Assembly: GCA_965214705.1 (NCBI GenBank)
Contig: OZ243972.1
Span: 2,400,001 to 2,464,000, forward strand
Direction of reading: 5' to 3'
DNA from: Alphaproteobacteria bacterium
Lineage (GTDB): Bacteria; Pseudomonadota; Alphaproteobacteria; UBA828
DNA: 64,000 nucleotides
Shown: piece by piece, positions 39,700 through 48,195 of the stretch
How positions within the stretch are numbered: position 1 is the first letter of the stretch
How the letters are laid out: each line of letters starts with the position of its first letter
Translations under genes and position numbers: made by a program
The notes under the pieces: generated by a model
What the model was told of the DNA's origin: nothing
The model's database searches: none
Seen by the model: the letters and a program-made list of their open reading frames with translations, nothing else

Positions 39700-41043
39700 C
39701 TACACCGGGCGGATGAAGGAGCCGGTGCCGGGGGCGCCGATCACCGCCCCATCGGCATAGACCGGCGTGCCCCTCACATACGTGCTCGTCACGCGCGCGC
39801 CGAAGGTCATGCCGTCGTAAGGGCTCCACTTCACCTGAGACGCCATGCCGGCGGCATCGAAGGTCCAGGCGCCGGGGGCGACGATGGCGAAGTCCGCGTC
39901 GGCGCCTGGGGTGAGCGCGCCCTTGCGCGGATAGAGGCCGAAGTGCCGTGCCGGCCGTTCGGCGAGCAGCGCCGCCACCCGGCTCGGCGCAAGCCCCCGC
40001 TCGGTCACCATGCCCGTGTAGAGCGCGGCGAACAGGGTCTCCAGCCCCGGCACGCCCGAGCCGTTCTCCGAGAACTCCGGGCTCGACTTGCGCGAGAGCG
40101 GCCAGGCCACGTGATCCGACGAGACGAAGTCCACCTCGTCCGCCACCACCTTCTCCCACAGCGCCTCGCGCTCGTGCGCCGGGCGAATGGGCGGGTTCTG
40201 CTTGAGGCGCGCGCCCATGGTCAGCACCTGGCTTTCCTCGAACACCAGGTACTGCACGCAGGTCTCGGCCGTGGCCGCGACGCCTTCCTCGCGGTAGTGC
40301 TTCGCCTGGTCGATGCCGCGCGCGAGCGAGCTGTGCACGATGTGGCAGCGCACCCCGGTCACGCGCGCGATCTCGAAGACCGCCGCGTTGGCCACCACCT
40401 CGGCGACTGCCGGGCGGCCCGCACCGTGGCTCTCCGGCGTGTTGCGCCGCTCGTCGAGGAAGCGCTGCGTCAGGCGGCGGACGATGGCGGCGTCCTCGTT
40501 GTGGAAGGCGACCGAAAGCCCGGTGTCGCGGATCGCCGGGAACAGCTCGTAGAGCTCGCCCATGTCGTAGCCGGGGAAGCGCACCGGGTGATACTCGTAG
40601 GTGGACACCTTGAAGGCGCAGACGCCCGCCTCGGCGAGTTCCGCGATGCCCTCGGTGCCCGCGCCCTTCTTCGGCGCGCCGTAGAGCGCCACGTCCACGA
40701 CTGCAATCCGCTCCAGGGTCTCGACCTTGGCCTCGAGCAGCTCGACCGAGTTGACCGGCAGCGGGTCGTCGAAGGGCATGTCGACGATGGTGGTGACGCC
40801 GCCGGCAGCAGCCGCGACCGAGGCGTCGCCCAGCCCTGCGATCCCCTCGCAGCTCCCGGCATGGACCTGGCCGTCGATGACGCCGGGGAAGATCAGCTGG
40901 CCCGTCGCATCGACCGTCTCCGCCGCCTCCGGCGCCTCGCCGGTGCCGAGCGCGCCGATCAGCCCGCCGCGAACCGCGAGGAAGCCGTCCGCCAGCACCC
41001 GGTCCGGGAGCACGAGGTCGCCGCGCACCACGAGGTCGTACAT
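39700..41043 (-). CDS. Allantoinase/dihydroorotase-like cyclic amidohydrolase
   Basis: PGVIDGQVH, GGVTTIVDMP, KQNPPIR, SSDH, GADADF, SPYDG. Confidence 0.85.
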   Translation of the reverse strand: MYDLVVRGDLVLPDRVLADGFLAVRGGLIGALGTGEAPEAAETVDATGQLIFPGVIDGQVHAGSCEGIAGLGDASVAAAAGGVTTIVDMPFDDPLPVNSVELLEAKVETLERIAVVDVALYGAPKKGAGTEGIAELAEAGVCAFKVSTYEYHPVRFPGYDMGELYELFPAIRDTGLSVAFHNEDAAIVRRLTQRFLDERRNTPESHGAGRPAVAEVVANAAVFEIARVTGVRCHIVHSSLARGIDQAKHYREEGVAATAETCVQYLVFEESQVLTMGARLKQNPPIRPAHEREALWEKVVADEVDFVSSDHVAWPLSRKSSPEFSENGSGVPGLETLFAALYTGMVTERGLAPSRVAALLAERPARHFGLYPRKGALTPGADADFAIVAPGAWTFDAAGMASQVKWSPYDGMTFGARVTSTYVRGTPVYADGAVIGAPGTGSFIRPV

Positions 41044-41054
41044 GCGTCTGCTCC

Positions 41055-41426
41055 CTAGCGCCCCGGCACGTCGTAGTAGTCGCCGGCGTCCTCGGTGTAG
41101 ATGTGGCGCTCGATGGCGAGCCCGGTCGCGCCGTCCAGCGTGCCGGCGGTGATCGAGACGCGGTTCTCGCCCGCCGGCTTCCAGAACAGGTTGCCGCCGC
41201 AGCGGTTGCAGAAGCCGCGCCGTGCGCTCTCCGAGGAGTGGAACCAGACCAGGGTCTCGTCGGCCTCCAGGGCGAAGCGCGCCAGCGGCACCGAGGTCAT
41301 GGCCGCATGGTGGCCGGAGGTCTTGCGGCACTGCCCGCAGTGGCAGGCGATGACATGGCGCAAGGGCCCGATCGCCCGGTATCTGACGCCGCCGCAGAGG
41401 CAGCCGCCGGTATGAATGTCGGTCAT
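41055..41426 (-). CDS. GFA (glutathione-dependent formaldehyde-activating) family Zn protein
   Basis: GGCLCG, CHCGQCRK, FCNRCG. Confidence 0.88.
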   Translation of the reverse strand: MTDIHTGGCLCGGVRYRAIGPLRHVIACHCGQCRKTSGHHAAMTSVPLARFALEADETLVWFHSSESARRGFCNRCGGNLFWKPAGENRVSITAGTLDGATGLAIERHIYTEDAGDYYDVPGR

Positions 41427-41448
41427 CCCTTTCTCCGCGTGCGGGTCG

Positions 41449-42744
41449 CTAGGCGGCGAGCCGGGCGATCGCGGCAGCGAGCACCGCGGCGCCCGCGCCG
41501 AAGTCCTCGAGCGTCATGGCCTCGTCCGGGTTGTGGCTGCCGTGGGCGTTGCGCACCAGCACCATGGCGGCCGGAATCCCTGCGCGCTGAAAGACCGCGG
41601 CATCGTGGCCCACGGTGGCGAAGCTGCGCGTCGGTATCTCGATTGCTGCGGCCGCCTCTTCCAGCACAGAGCGAAGACCCGCGTCCAGCGGCGCCGGCGG
41701 GGCGCCGACGCACTCGCCGAGATCGAACGTGACCCGGCGGCGCGCGGCGATCTCGGCCGCGCGGGTCTCGACCTCGGCCCGGCACGCATCGAGAAAGCCC
41801 TGGCTCGTGCCGCCGAAGTTGAGGGTGAAGTCGCAGCGGCCGGGAACCTTCGTCATGGCGTGGTGGGCGCCGTCGGTGAAGAGCTTGCCCACGGTAAACA
41901 CCGTGTCGGCCTCGCCGCTCTTCTCCTGCGCGATCCAGAACGCCTCCAGCCCGTGCACGAGCTCGCTCACGGCCAGCACCGTGTCCTGCCGGTGGTCGCG
42001 CGGCGTGGCGCCGGAATGGTCGTAGCGGCCGTGGCAGGTTGCGCCCGGCCAGCGCACGTTGCCGCGAATGACGGTGGGCACCGCCACCTGCGCGCCCTCC
42101 GCCACCAGTACCGGACCCTGCTCGATGTGAAGCTCCAGGAAGGCGCGCGCGTTGGCGGGCGTGAGCCGGGGCGCATCCTCGCAGCGGAGCGCGTCCGCAT
42201 CGAGGCCGAGCGCCGCCATGTGCTCCGCCAGCGTCCGCCCGGTGTCCGAGCGCTTCAGCGTGTCGAGATGATCGTGGGAGAGCGAGCCCAGCGCGAGACG
42301 CGCGCCGATGAACGGGATACCGAACCACACACTCTCCTCCGCGCGCGTGGCGATGGCGGTCACGTCGCTGTTCGGCTGCCAGCCCATATCGCGGAACGCG
42401 GCGAGCACGATGAGCCCGGCCACCGCGCCCGCGAGCCCGTCGTAGTGCCCGCCGGTCGGCACGGAATCGGTGTGCGAGCCGGTCAGCACGGCGGGCGCGC
42501 TCCGGTCGCGGCCCTGCAGCGTGCAGTAGAGGTTGCCCGCGTGGTCGTAGGCGGTCTCCAGCCCGAGCGTGCCGGCGGCATTGGCAAGCCACTCGCTGGC
42601 GAAGTGATCCTCCGCGCTCCAGGCGGGACGGGTCACGCCGGCTTGCGCCGCGCTCGCCGCCCGGATCTCGTCGAAGAGCGATTCGGCCAGCGGCAGCCGG
42701 GCCTCCACCGCGGTGCGCAACCCGCGCCCGTCGACCGCACTCAC
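41449..42744 (-). CDS. N-carbamoyl-amino acid hydrolase/beta-ureidopropionase family (M20)
   Basis: GSHTDSVP.GG.YDG, EES, FLELHIEQGP, GHDA, SHNPDE; GTGA overlap with the upstream gene. Confidence 0.88.
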   Translation of the reverse strand: MSAVDGRGLRTAVEARLPLAESLFDEIRAASAAQAGVTRPAWSAEDHFASEWLANAAGTLGLETAYDHAGNLYCTLQGRDRSAPAVLTGSHTDSVPTGGHYDGLAGAVAGLIVLAAFRDMGWQPNSDVTAIATRAEESVWFGIPFIGARLALGSLSHDHLDTLKRSDTGRTLAEHMAALGLDADALRCEDAPRLTPANARAFLELHIEQGPVLVAEGAQVAVPTVIRGNVRWPGATCHGRYDHSGATPRDHRQDTVLAVSELVHGLEAFWIAQEKSGEADTVFTVGKLFTDGAHHAMTKVPGRCDFTLNFGGTSQGFLDACRAEVETRAAEIAARRRVTFDLGECVGAPPAPLDAGLRSVLEEAAAAIEIPTRSFATVGHDAAVFQRAGIPAAMVLVRNAHGSHNPDEAMTLEDFGAGAAVLAAAIARLAA

Positions 42745-43742
42745 GGCGCGAAGACCTCCAGGATCTCGTCGTAGTTGCGGCTGAGCGGAATCAGGATGAG
42801 CTGATCGAGTCCGGTGTCGAGCCAGCGTTGCGCACTGGCCACGCATTGGTCCGGGGTGCCGTGGGCGATCAGCTCGCCCACCAGCGCATCGTCGACCAGC
42901 GCCATGGCGTCCTCGATGCCGCCGGGACGGGGCGGCCAGCCGCCCATCACCTCCTTGATTTCGGCGAGCCGGTCCTCCGGGTACTCCCAGGCCTTGGCGA
43001 AGTGCGGCTGCTGGCCGAGGTACTGGGTCACCACCCGCTTGGCGTCGTAGAGCGCCTTCTCGCGATCTGCGTCCATCGAGATGTTGACGAGCTGCAGTTT
43101 CTCCACGTCGGCGAGCGTGCGGCCCGCGTGCGCCGCGCCTGCGGCGATGCGCTCCAGCGAGCGGCGGGTGTAGGCCGGCGGGAGGATGCCGTTGATCAGC
43201 GCGCCGTCCGCGATTTCGCCGGAGAGCTCCATCATGCGCGGCCCCGTCGGGCCGATGAAGATCCTGACCGCCGGCGGCACGCGCGCATCGCCGTGGCCGA
43301 GATCGAGGGTGAGGTCTCGCACCGTCACCAGCTCGCCCTCATGCGTGACGCCGCCTTCGAGCGCGAGCAGCCGGCGCAGGACGCCCACGTATTCGCGCAT
43401 CTGGGTGAGCGGCTTGCGGCGATCGATGCCCTGCTTCCAGGCGAGCGGGTCCCAGTAGGCGCCGAGGCCGAGGTTCATCCGCCCCGGTGCGAGGTTGTCG
43501 AGCGTGGCGAAGGTCATGGCCATCAGCGCCGGACCGCGGGTCCAGCTATTGACGATGCAGGAGCCGAGCCGCACCCGCTCGGTAGTGGCGGCCATGGCGC
43601 CCAGCACCGAGACCGCGTCACGCGCGAGCCTGGTCTCGGTGACCCAGAGGGAATCGTAGCCCAATGCCTCGGCCTTGGCGGCGAGCCTCAGTTGCTCGCG
43701 CACCCCCGGACGGTCGAGGAAGCCGAAGCCGACCTTGCTCAT
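42741..43742 (-). CDS. LLM class oxidoreductase, Mer-like (possibly F420-dependent)
   Basis: AEALGYDSLWV.E, APGR..LGLG, GP.GPRM.EL.GEIADG. Confidence 0.82.
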   Translation of the reverse strand: MSKVGFGFLDRPGVREQLRLAAKAEALGYDSLWVTETRLARDAVSVLGAMAATTERVRLGSCIVNSWTRGPALMAMTFATLDNLAPGRMNLGLGAYWDPLAWKQGIDRRKPLTQMREYVGVLRRLLALEGGVTHEGELVTVRDLTLDLGHGDARVPPAVRIFIGPTGPRMMELSGEIADGALINGILPPAYTRRSLERIAAGAAHAGRTLADVEKLQLVNISMDADREKALYDAKRVVTQYLGQQPHFAKAWEYPEDRLAEIKEVMGGWPPRPGGIEDAMALVDDALVGELIAHGTPDQCVASAQRWLDTGLDQLILIPLSRNYDEILEVFAP

Positions 43743-43786
43743 GCGCACCTCATGCGTGTCTCATCGCGGCCTGCCTGCCGCGCTCG

Positions 43787-44038
43787 TCAGCTGCGCGCCT
43801 GGACCATGGTGCAGGCGATGAGCTCCTCGCCGAGCGCCTTGCACGCTTCGAGCCGGTGCAGGCCCTCCACCAGCACGTAGCGCGCGCCGTCCTGGCGCAC
43901 GAGGATCGGCACCTTCAGCCCGTCCTCCAGAATGCTCTCGGCGAGCGTGTCCACCGTCGCCTGCTTGAGCGTGCGGCGGCGCTTGGCTGGCACGTAGATG
44001 TCGGCCACCGCGAGGTCCTTGTTCTCCAGTAGCGGCGT
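43787..44038 (-). CDS. Small stand-alone ParB/Srx N-terminal domain protein; predicted start ACG (alternative GTG at 44008)
   Basis: LAESILEDGL.VPILVR, EGLHRLEA (GxxRxxA); GGGAGG 5 nt upstream of the ACG. Confidence 0.75.
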   Translation of the reverse strand, partial: TPLLENKDLAVADIYVPAKRRRTLKQATVDTLAESILEDGLKVPILVRQDGARYVLVEGLHRLEACKALGEELIACTMVQARS

Positions 44039-44241
44039 CGTTTCCTCCCTGCTCCGGCGGCGGTTTCCCCCGCACGCTCCGGCGTTCCGTTGCGTGCCGG
44101 ATCGACTCTCGCAAAGGCTCCCGGCGCGCGCAATATCGGCTCGTGCGTCGGGTTGTCAGGAAGGGCGTGGGCCGACACTCTGCGCCCAAAGGCGAGGGGC
44201 GCAGGGCTGCGTTCCCCTCGCATCTGGAGATCGCGGACGCC

Positions 44242-45360
44242 ATGACGGCAGACACCATCGAGATTCGCGCCGCGGTCTGCCGCGCCTTCGGCGAGCCGCT
44301 CTCCATCGAGACGCTGCGGCTCGCGCCGCCCCAGGGCAGCGAGATCCGGGTCAAGGTGCGCGCCAGCTCGATATGCCATTCGGACATCACCTACATGGAC
44401 GGCGGCTGGGGCGGGGAAGACGCACTGCCGGCCGTGTTCGGGCACGAGCTGGCAGGCGTGGTCACCGGCCTCGGCCCCGCCGTGCCGCCGGGCGGTATCG
44501 GCGCGGGCGACCGCGTGCTCGTCTCGCTGCTGCGCTCGTGCGGGCGCTGCGCATACTGCGAAGCCGGAAGCCCGGCCCAGTGCACGGCCGAATACGCCAT
44601 CGACTCCACCCCGCGGCTCGCCGACGAGCAGGGTCAGCCGGTGCGGGCCGGGCTCCGGGTCGGCGGCTTCGCCGAGAGCGTGGTGGTGGATGTCTCGCAG
44701 GCCGTGACGCTGCCGGCGCATGTGGCCGACGAAGTCGCCAGCCTGCTCTCCTGCGGCGTGCTCACCGGCTTCGGTGCGGCCGTCAACACCGCGAGGGTGC
44801 GGGTGGGCGATGCGGTGGCGGTGGTCGGCTGCGGCGGCGTCGGGCTCAACTGCGTCCAGGGCGCGGCGCTCGCCGGTGCGCTCCCGCTCGTCGCCATCGA
44901 CGTGACCGAGGGCAAGCTGGAGCACGCGCGGGCCTTCGGGGCGACGGATGCGATCGACGCCAAGGACGAGCAGGCCACCGCGAAGGCGCTGGCGTTGACC
45001 GAGGAACGCGGCTTCGACGTGGTCATGACGGCGGTGGGAAGTGCTCGGGCGATCGAGCAGGCGCTGCCGCTGCTCGCGCCGGAGGGCGCGCTGGTCGTGG
45101 TGGGAATGCCGCCCTACGACGAGCGGGTCAGCCTGAACGCCACCGACCTCTCGCACTTCGGGCAGCGCATTCTGGGTTGCAAGATGGGCAACGCCAGGCT
45201 CCGCGTTGACGTGCCGAAGCTGTTTCGCCTCTACCGGAGCGGCCGGCTCAGGCTCGACGAGCTGATCGCCTCGCGCAGACCGCTGGAGGAGATCGACGAA
45301 GCTCTCGCGCTTGCGCGGCGCTCCCACCACCTGCGCCACGTCATCGTCTTCCCCAAGTGA
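44242..45360 (+). CDS. Zn-dependent alcohol dehydrogenase (MDR family)
   Basis: CHSD, GHE.AG, CxxCxxC..C structural Zn, G.GGVG. Confidence 0.9.
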   Translation: MTADTIEIRAAVCRAFGEPLSIETLRLAPPQGSEIRVKVRASSICHSDITYMDGGWGGEDALPAVFGHELAGVVTGLGPAVPPGGIGAGDRVLVSLLRSCGRCAYCEAGSPAQCTAEYAIDSTPRLADEQGQPVRAGLRVGGFAESVVVDVSQAVTLPAHVADEVASLLSCGVLTGFGAAVNTARVRVGDAVAVVGCGGVGLNCVQGAALAGALPLVAIDVTEGKLEHARAFGATDAIDAKDEQATAKALALTEERGFDVVMTAVGSARAIEQALPLLAPEGALVVVGMPPYDERVSLNATDLSHFGQRILGCKMGNARLRVDVPKLFRLYRSGRLRLDELIASRRPLEEIDEALALARRSHHLRHVIVFPK

Positions 45361-45378
45361 ACCCGTACGAGCCGGCCG

Positions 45379-46485
45379 ATGAGAATCCAGAAGATCGAGA
45401 CATTCTGCACCCGCGAGGTCGGGCTCACGCGCGTTACTACGGACGACAGCGCAGAGGGCTGGGGCCAGGTCTCGACCTACCACGCCGACATCTCCGCGAC
45501 CGTGCTTCACCGGCAGGTCGCGCCCTGGGCGCTCGGCCAGGACGTCTCGGCGCTCGACGGACTGGGGGACCTGCTCGATCTGATCTGCGAGCGCGAGCAC
45601 AAGTTTCCGGGCTCCCACCTGTGCCGGGCGCTGGGCGGCCTCGATACCGCGATCTGGGACCTCCACGGCAAGCTCCAGGGCAAGAGCGTCTGCGCGCTCC
45701 TGGGCGGCACCCCGCGCCCGCTTCGCGTCTACGCCTCCAGCATGCAGCGGGAGATCACGCCGGAGGCGGAGGCCGAGCGCTTCCTGAGACTGCGTGAGCG
45801 CCACGGCTACGATGCCTTCAAGTTCCGCGTGGGCGCGGAGTGCGGCCGCGGGCGGGACCAATGGCCCGGCCGCTCCGAGGCGATCGTGCGGCAGGTTCGC
45901 CGCGCGCTCGGCGACGATGTCGCGCTGCTGGTCGACGCGAACAGCTGCTACGCGCCGGCGCAGGCCATCGCGCTCGGCAGTGTCCTGGAAGAGAACGGGG
46001 TTTGCCACTTCGAGGAGCCCTGCCCCTACTGGAAGCCGGACTGGACGCGCCAGGTGAAGGAGGCGCTCGATCTGGACGTGACCGGCGGCGAGCAGGACAA
46101 CAACCTCACGCTCTGGCAGTTCCTGATCGAGAGCCGAACCATGGACGTGGCCCAGCCCGACGTCTGCTACGTCGGCGGCGTCGACCGCTTCCTCCGCGTC
46201 GCGCGCATGGCGCAGGATGCCGGCATGCCGGTCACGCCCCACGCCGCCAACATGTCCCTGGTCACGATCTTCACCCTGCACCTGATGGGCGCGCTGGAGA
46301 ACGCAGGGCCCTACGTCGAGTTCTCCATCGAGGGCGCCGACTTCTATCCCTGGCAATACGGCATCTACGACGAAATGCCGGTCGCGAAGGACGGCAAGGT
46401 CGAGATTCCCGGCGGCCCCGGCTGGGGAATCACGGTCCGCCCGGAATGGCTGGAGAAATCAGTCCATCAGGCCAGTGAGATTTAG
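45379..46485 (+). CDS. Mandelate racemase/muconate lactonizing enzyme family
   Basis: DTAIWDL.GK, VDAN, FEEP, GGE, QPD. Confidence 0.9.
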   Translation: MRIQKIETFCTREVGLTRVTTDDSAEGWGQVSTYHADISATVLHRQVAPWALGQDVSALDGLGDLLDLICEREHKFPGSHLCRALGGLDTAIWDLHGKLQGKSVCALLGGTPRPLRVYASSMQREITPEAEAERFLRLRERHGYDAFKFRVGAECGRGRDQWPGRSEAIVRQVRRALGDDVALLVDANSCYAPAQAIALGSVLEENGVCHFEEPCPYWKPDWTRQVKEALDLDVTGGEQDNNLTLWQFLIESRTMDVAQPDVCYVGGVDRFLRVARMAQDAGMPVTPHAANMSLVTIFTLHLMGALENAGPYVEFSIEGADFYPWQYGIYDEMPVAKDGKVEIPGGPGWGITVRPEWLEKSVHQASEI

Positions 46486-46597
46486 ACCCTAAGCCTCCAC
46501 CGCCGGGTTCGGCCATGGCAAGCCGTGGACGGGTGCCGACCGGCGCGGCATGATAAGCGCAAGGGATGAGGGCTCTCGACCCTCCAGGGAGGCGACG

Positions 46598-48010
46598 ATG
46601 ACTGCGACCGTGATTCGGAACGGGCGGATCGTTACGGCGGTGGACGACTACACGGCCGACATCCTGATGGAGGACGGCCGGGTCCGCATGATCGGCACGG
46701 ACTTGCCCGTCGGCGACGGGATTCCGGAGCACGATGCGGCAGGGCTGCTCGTGCTGCCCGGCGGCGTCGACGTGCACACGCACCTCGACTGGGATTTCGG
46801 GCCGGCGCGGACGGCGGACACCTTCTACACCGGCTCCCAGGCCGCGGCCTTCGGCGGCACCACCACGGTCGTGGACTTCGCCGCCCAGGTGAAGGGGACG
46901 AGCCCGCTCGCCGGTCTTGCCGACTGGCACGAGCGCGCCTCGGTCGCCGCCGTCGATATGGGCGCGCACATGATCATCACCGAGGTGAACGACCAGACGC
47001 TGGTCGACATGAAGAGCCTGATCCACGACGAGGGCGTCAGCACCTTCAAGCTCTTCACCGCCTATCCCGACGTGCTGATGATCGACGACGGCCAAATCTT
47101 CAAGACGATGCGCCAGGTCGGCGCTCACGGCGGCATGGTGCAGATCCACGCCGAGAACGGCCATGTCATCGACGTGCTGGTGCAGGAGGCGCTCGACGCC
47201 GGCAACACCAGCCCCAAGTGGCACATGCTGACCCGCCCGACCCTGATGGAGGGCGAGGCCACCCACCGGGTCATCCGCATTGCCGAGCTTGCCGAGGCGC
47301 CGGTCTATATCGTGCACCTCTCGGCGGGCGAGGCGCTCGACGCGGTGACGGAGGCGCGCGATCGTGGCCTCCCGGTCCATGCCGAGACCTGCCCGCACTA
47401 TCTCTTCCTCACGGACGAGGAGTACGAGCGGCCGGGTTTCGAGGCCGCGAAGTTCGTGATGACGCCGCCGCTCCGGGGCGCTGCGCATCAGCATGCGCTC
47501 TGGCGCGGGCTGAAGACCGACGACCTCCAGGTCATCGCCACCGACCATTGCCCCTTCTGCTTCAGTGAGAACGTGCTGGGCCTGCGGCTCTCGAAGGAGC
47601 TCGGCCGCGACGACTTCAGCAAGATCCCGAACGGCGCGCCGGGGCTCGAGACCCGCATGCCGCTGGTCTACGACGGCGGCGTGCGGCGCAACGGCATGTC
47701 GCTCAACCGCTACGTCGAGCTGACGGCGACCGCGCCGGCGAAGCTCTTCGGCCTGTTCCCGCGCAAGGGCACGATCGCCGTGGGCTCCGACGCCGACATC
47801 GTGCTGTTCGACCCGGACGAGCAGTGGACCGTCCGCGCCGCCGAGCATCACAGCCGGGTGGAGTACTCGCTCTTCGAGGGCCGCGAGGTCACCGGCCGGG
47901 TGAGCAAGGTGTTCCTGCGCGGCGAGTTGATCGTCGACGGCCGCGAGTGGCTCGGCCGCGAGGGCGGCGGGCAGTTCCTCAAGCGCGGCCAGGCGGGGAA
48001 GGCGAAGTAA
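46598..48010 (+). CDS. hydA: Dihydropyrimidinase/D-hydantoinase
   Basis: PGGVDVHTH, FKLF.AY, HAENG, ETCPHYL, TDHCPF, FSKIPNG. Confidence 0.9.
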   Translation: MTATVIRNGRIVTAVDDYTADILMEDGRVRMIGTDLPVGDGIPEHDAAGLLVLPGGVDVHTHLDWDFGPARTADTFYTGSQAAAFGGTTTVVDFAAQVKGTSPLAGLADWHERASVAAVDMGAHMIITEVNDQTLVDMKSLIHDEGVSTFKLFTAYPDVLMIDDGQIFKTMRQVGAHGGMVQIHAENGHVIDVLVQEALDAGNTSPKWHMLTRPTLMEGEATHRVIRIAELAEAPVYIVHLSAGEALDAVTEARDRGLPVHAETCPHYLFLTDEEYERPGFEAAKFVMTPPLRGAAHQHALWRGLKTDDLQVIATDHCPFCFSENVLGLRLSKELGRDDFSKIPNGAPGLETRMPLVYDGGVRRNGMSLNRYVELTATAPAKLFGLFPRKGTIAVGSDADIVLFDPDEQWTVRAAEHHSRVEYSLFEGREVTGRVSKVFLRGELIVDGREWLGREGGGQFLKRGQAGKAK

Positions 48011-48013
48011 GCT

Positions 48014-48195
48014 TTACGGCACCAGCACCATCTTGCCGAAGACCTCGCGCTCGGCAGTACGCCGAGCCGCTTCCTGGATGTCGGCGAGGGGGTAGACGGT
48101 ATCGATCACCGGCGCGAGCCGGCCCTCCGCCATCAGCGCGAAAACCCGCGCAAGCTCGCGGCGGCCGCAAAAATGGCTGCCGTGAATGGTCATGT
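48014..48195 (-). pseudogene. C-terminal fragment of the quinone-oxidoreductase-type MDR gene split by the IS
   Basis: MTIHGSHF...PVIDTVYPLADI.EA...FGKMVLVP*; rejoins ...FRKH in frame once the IS is removed. Confidence 0.88.
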
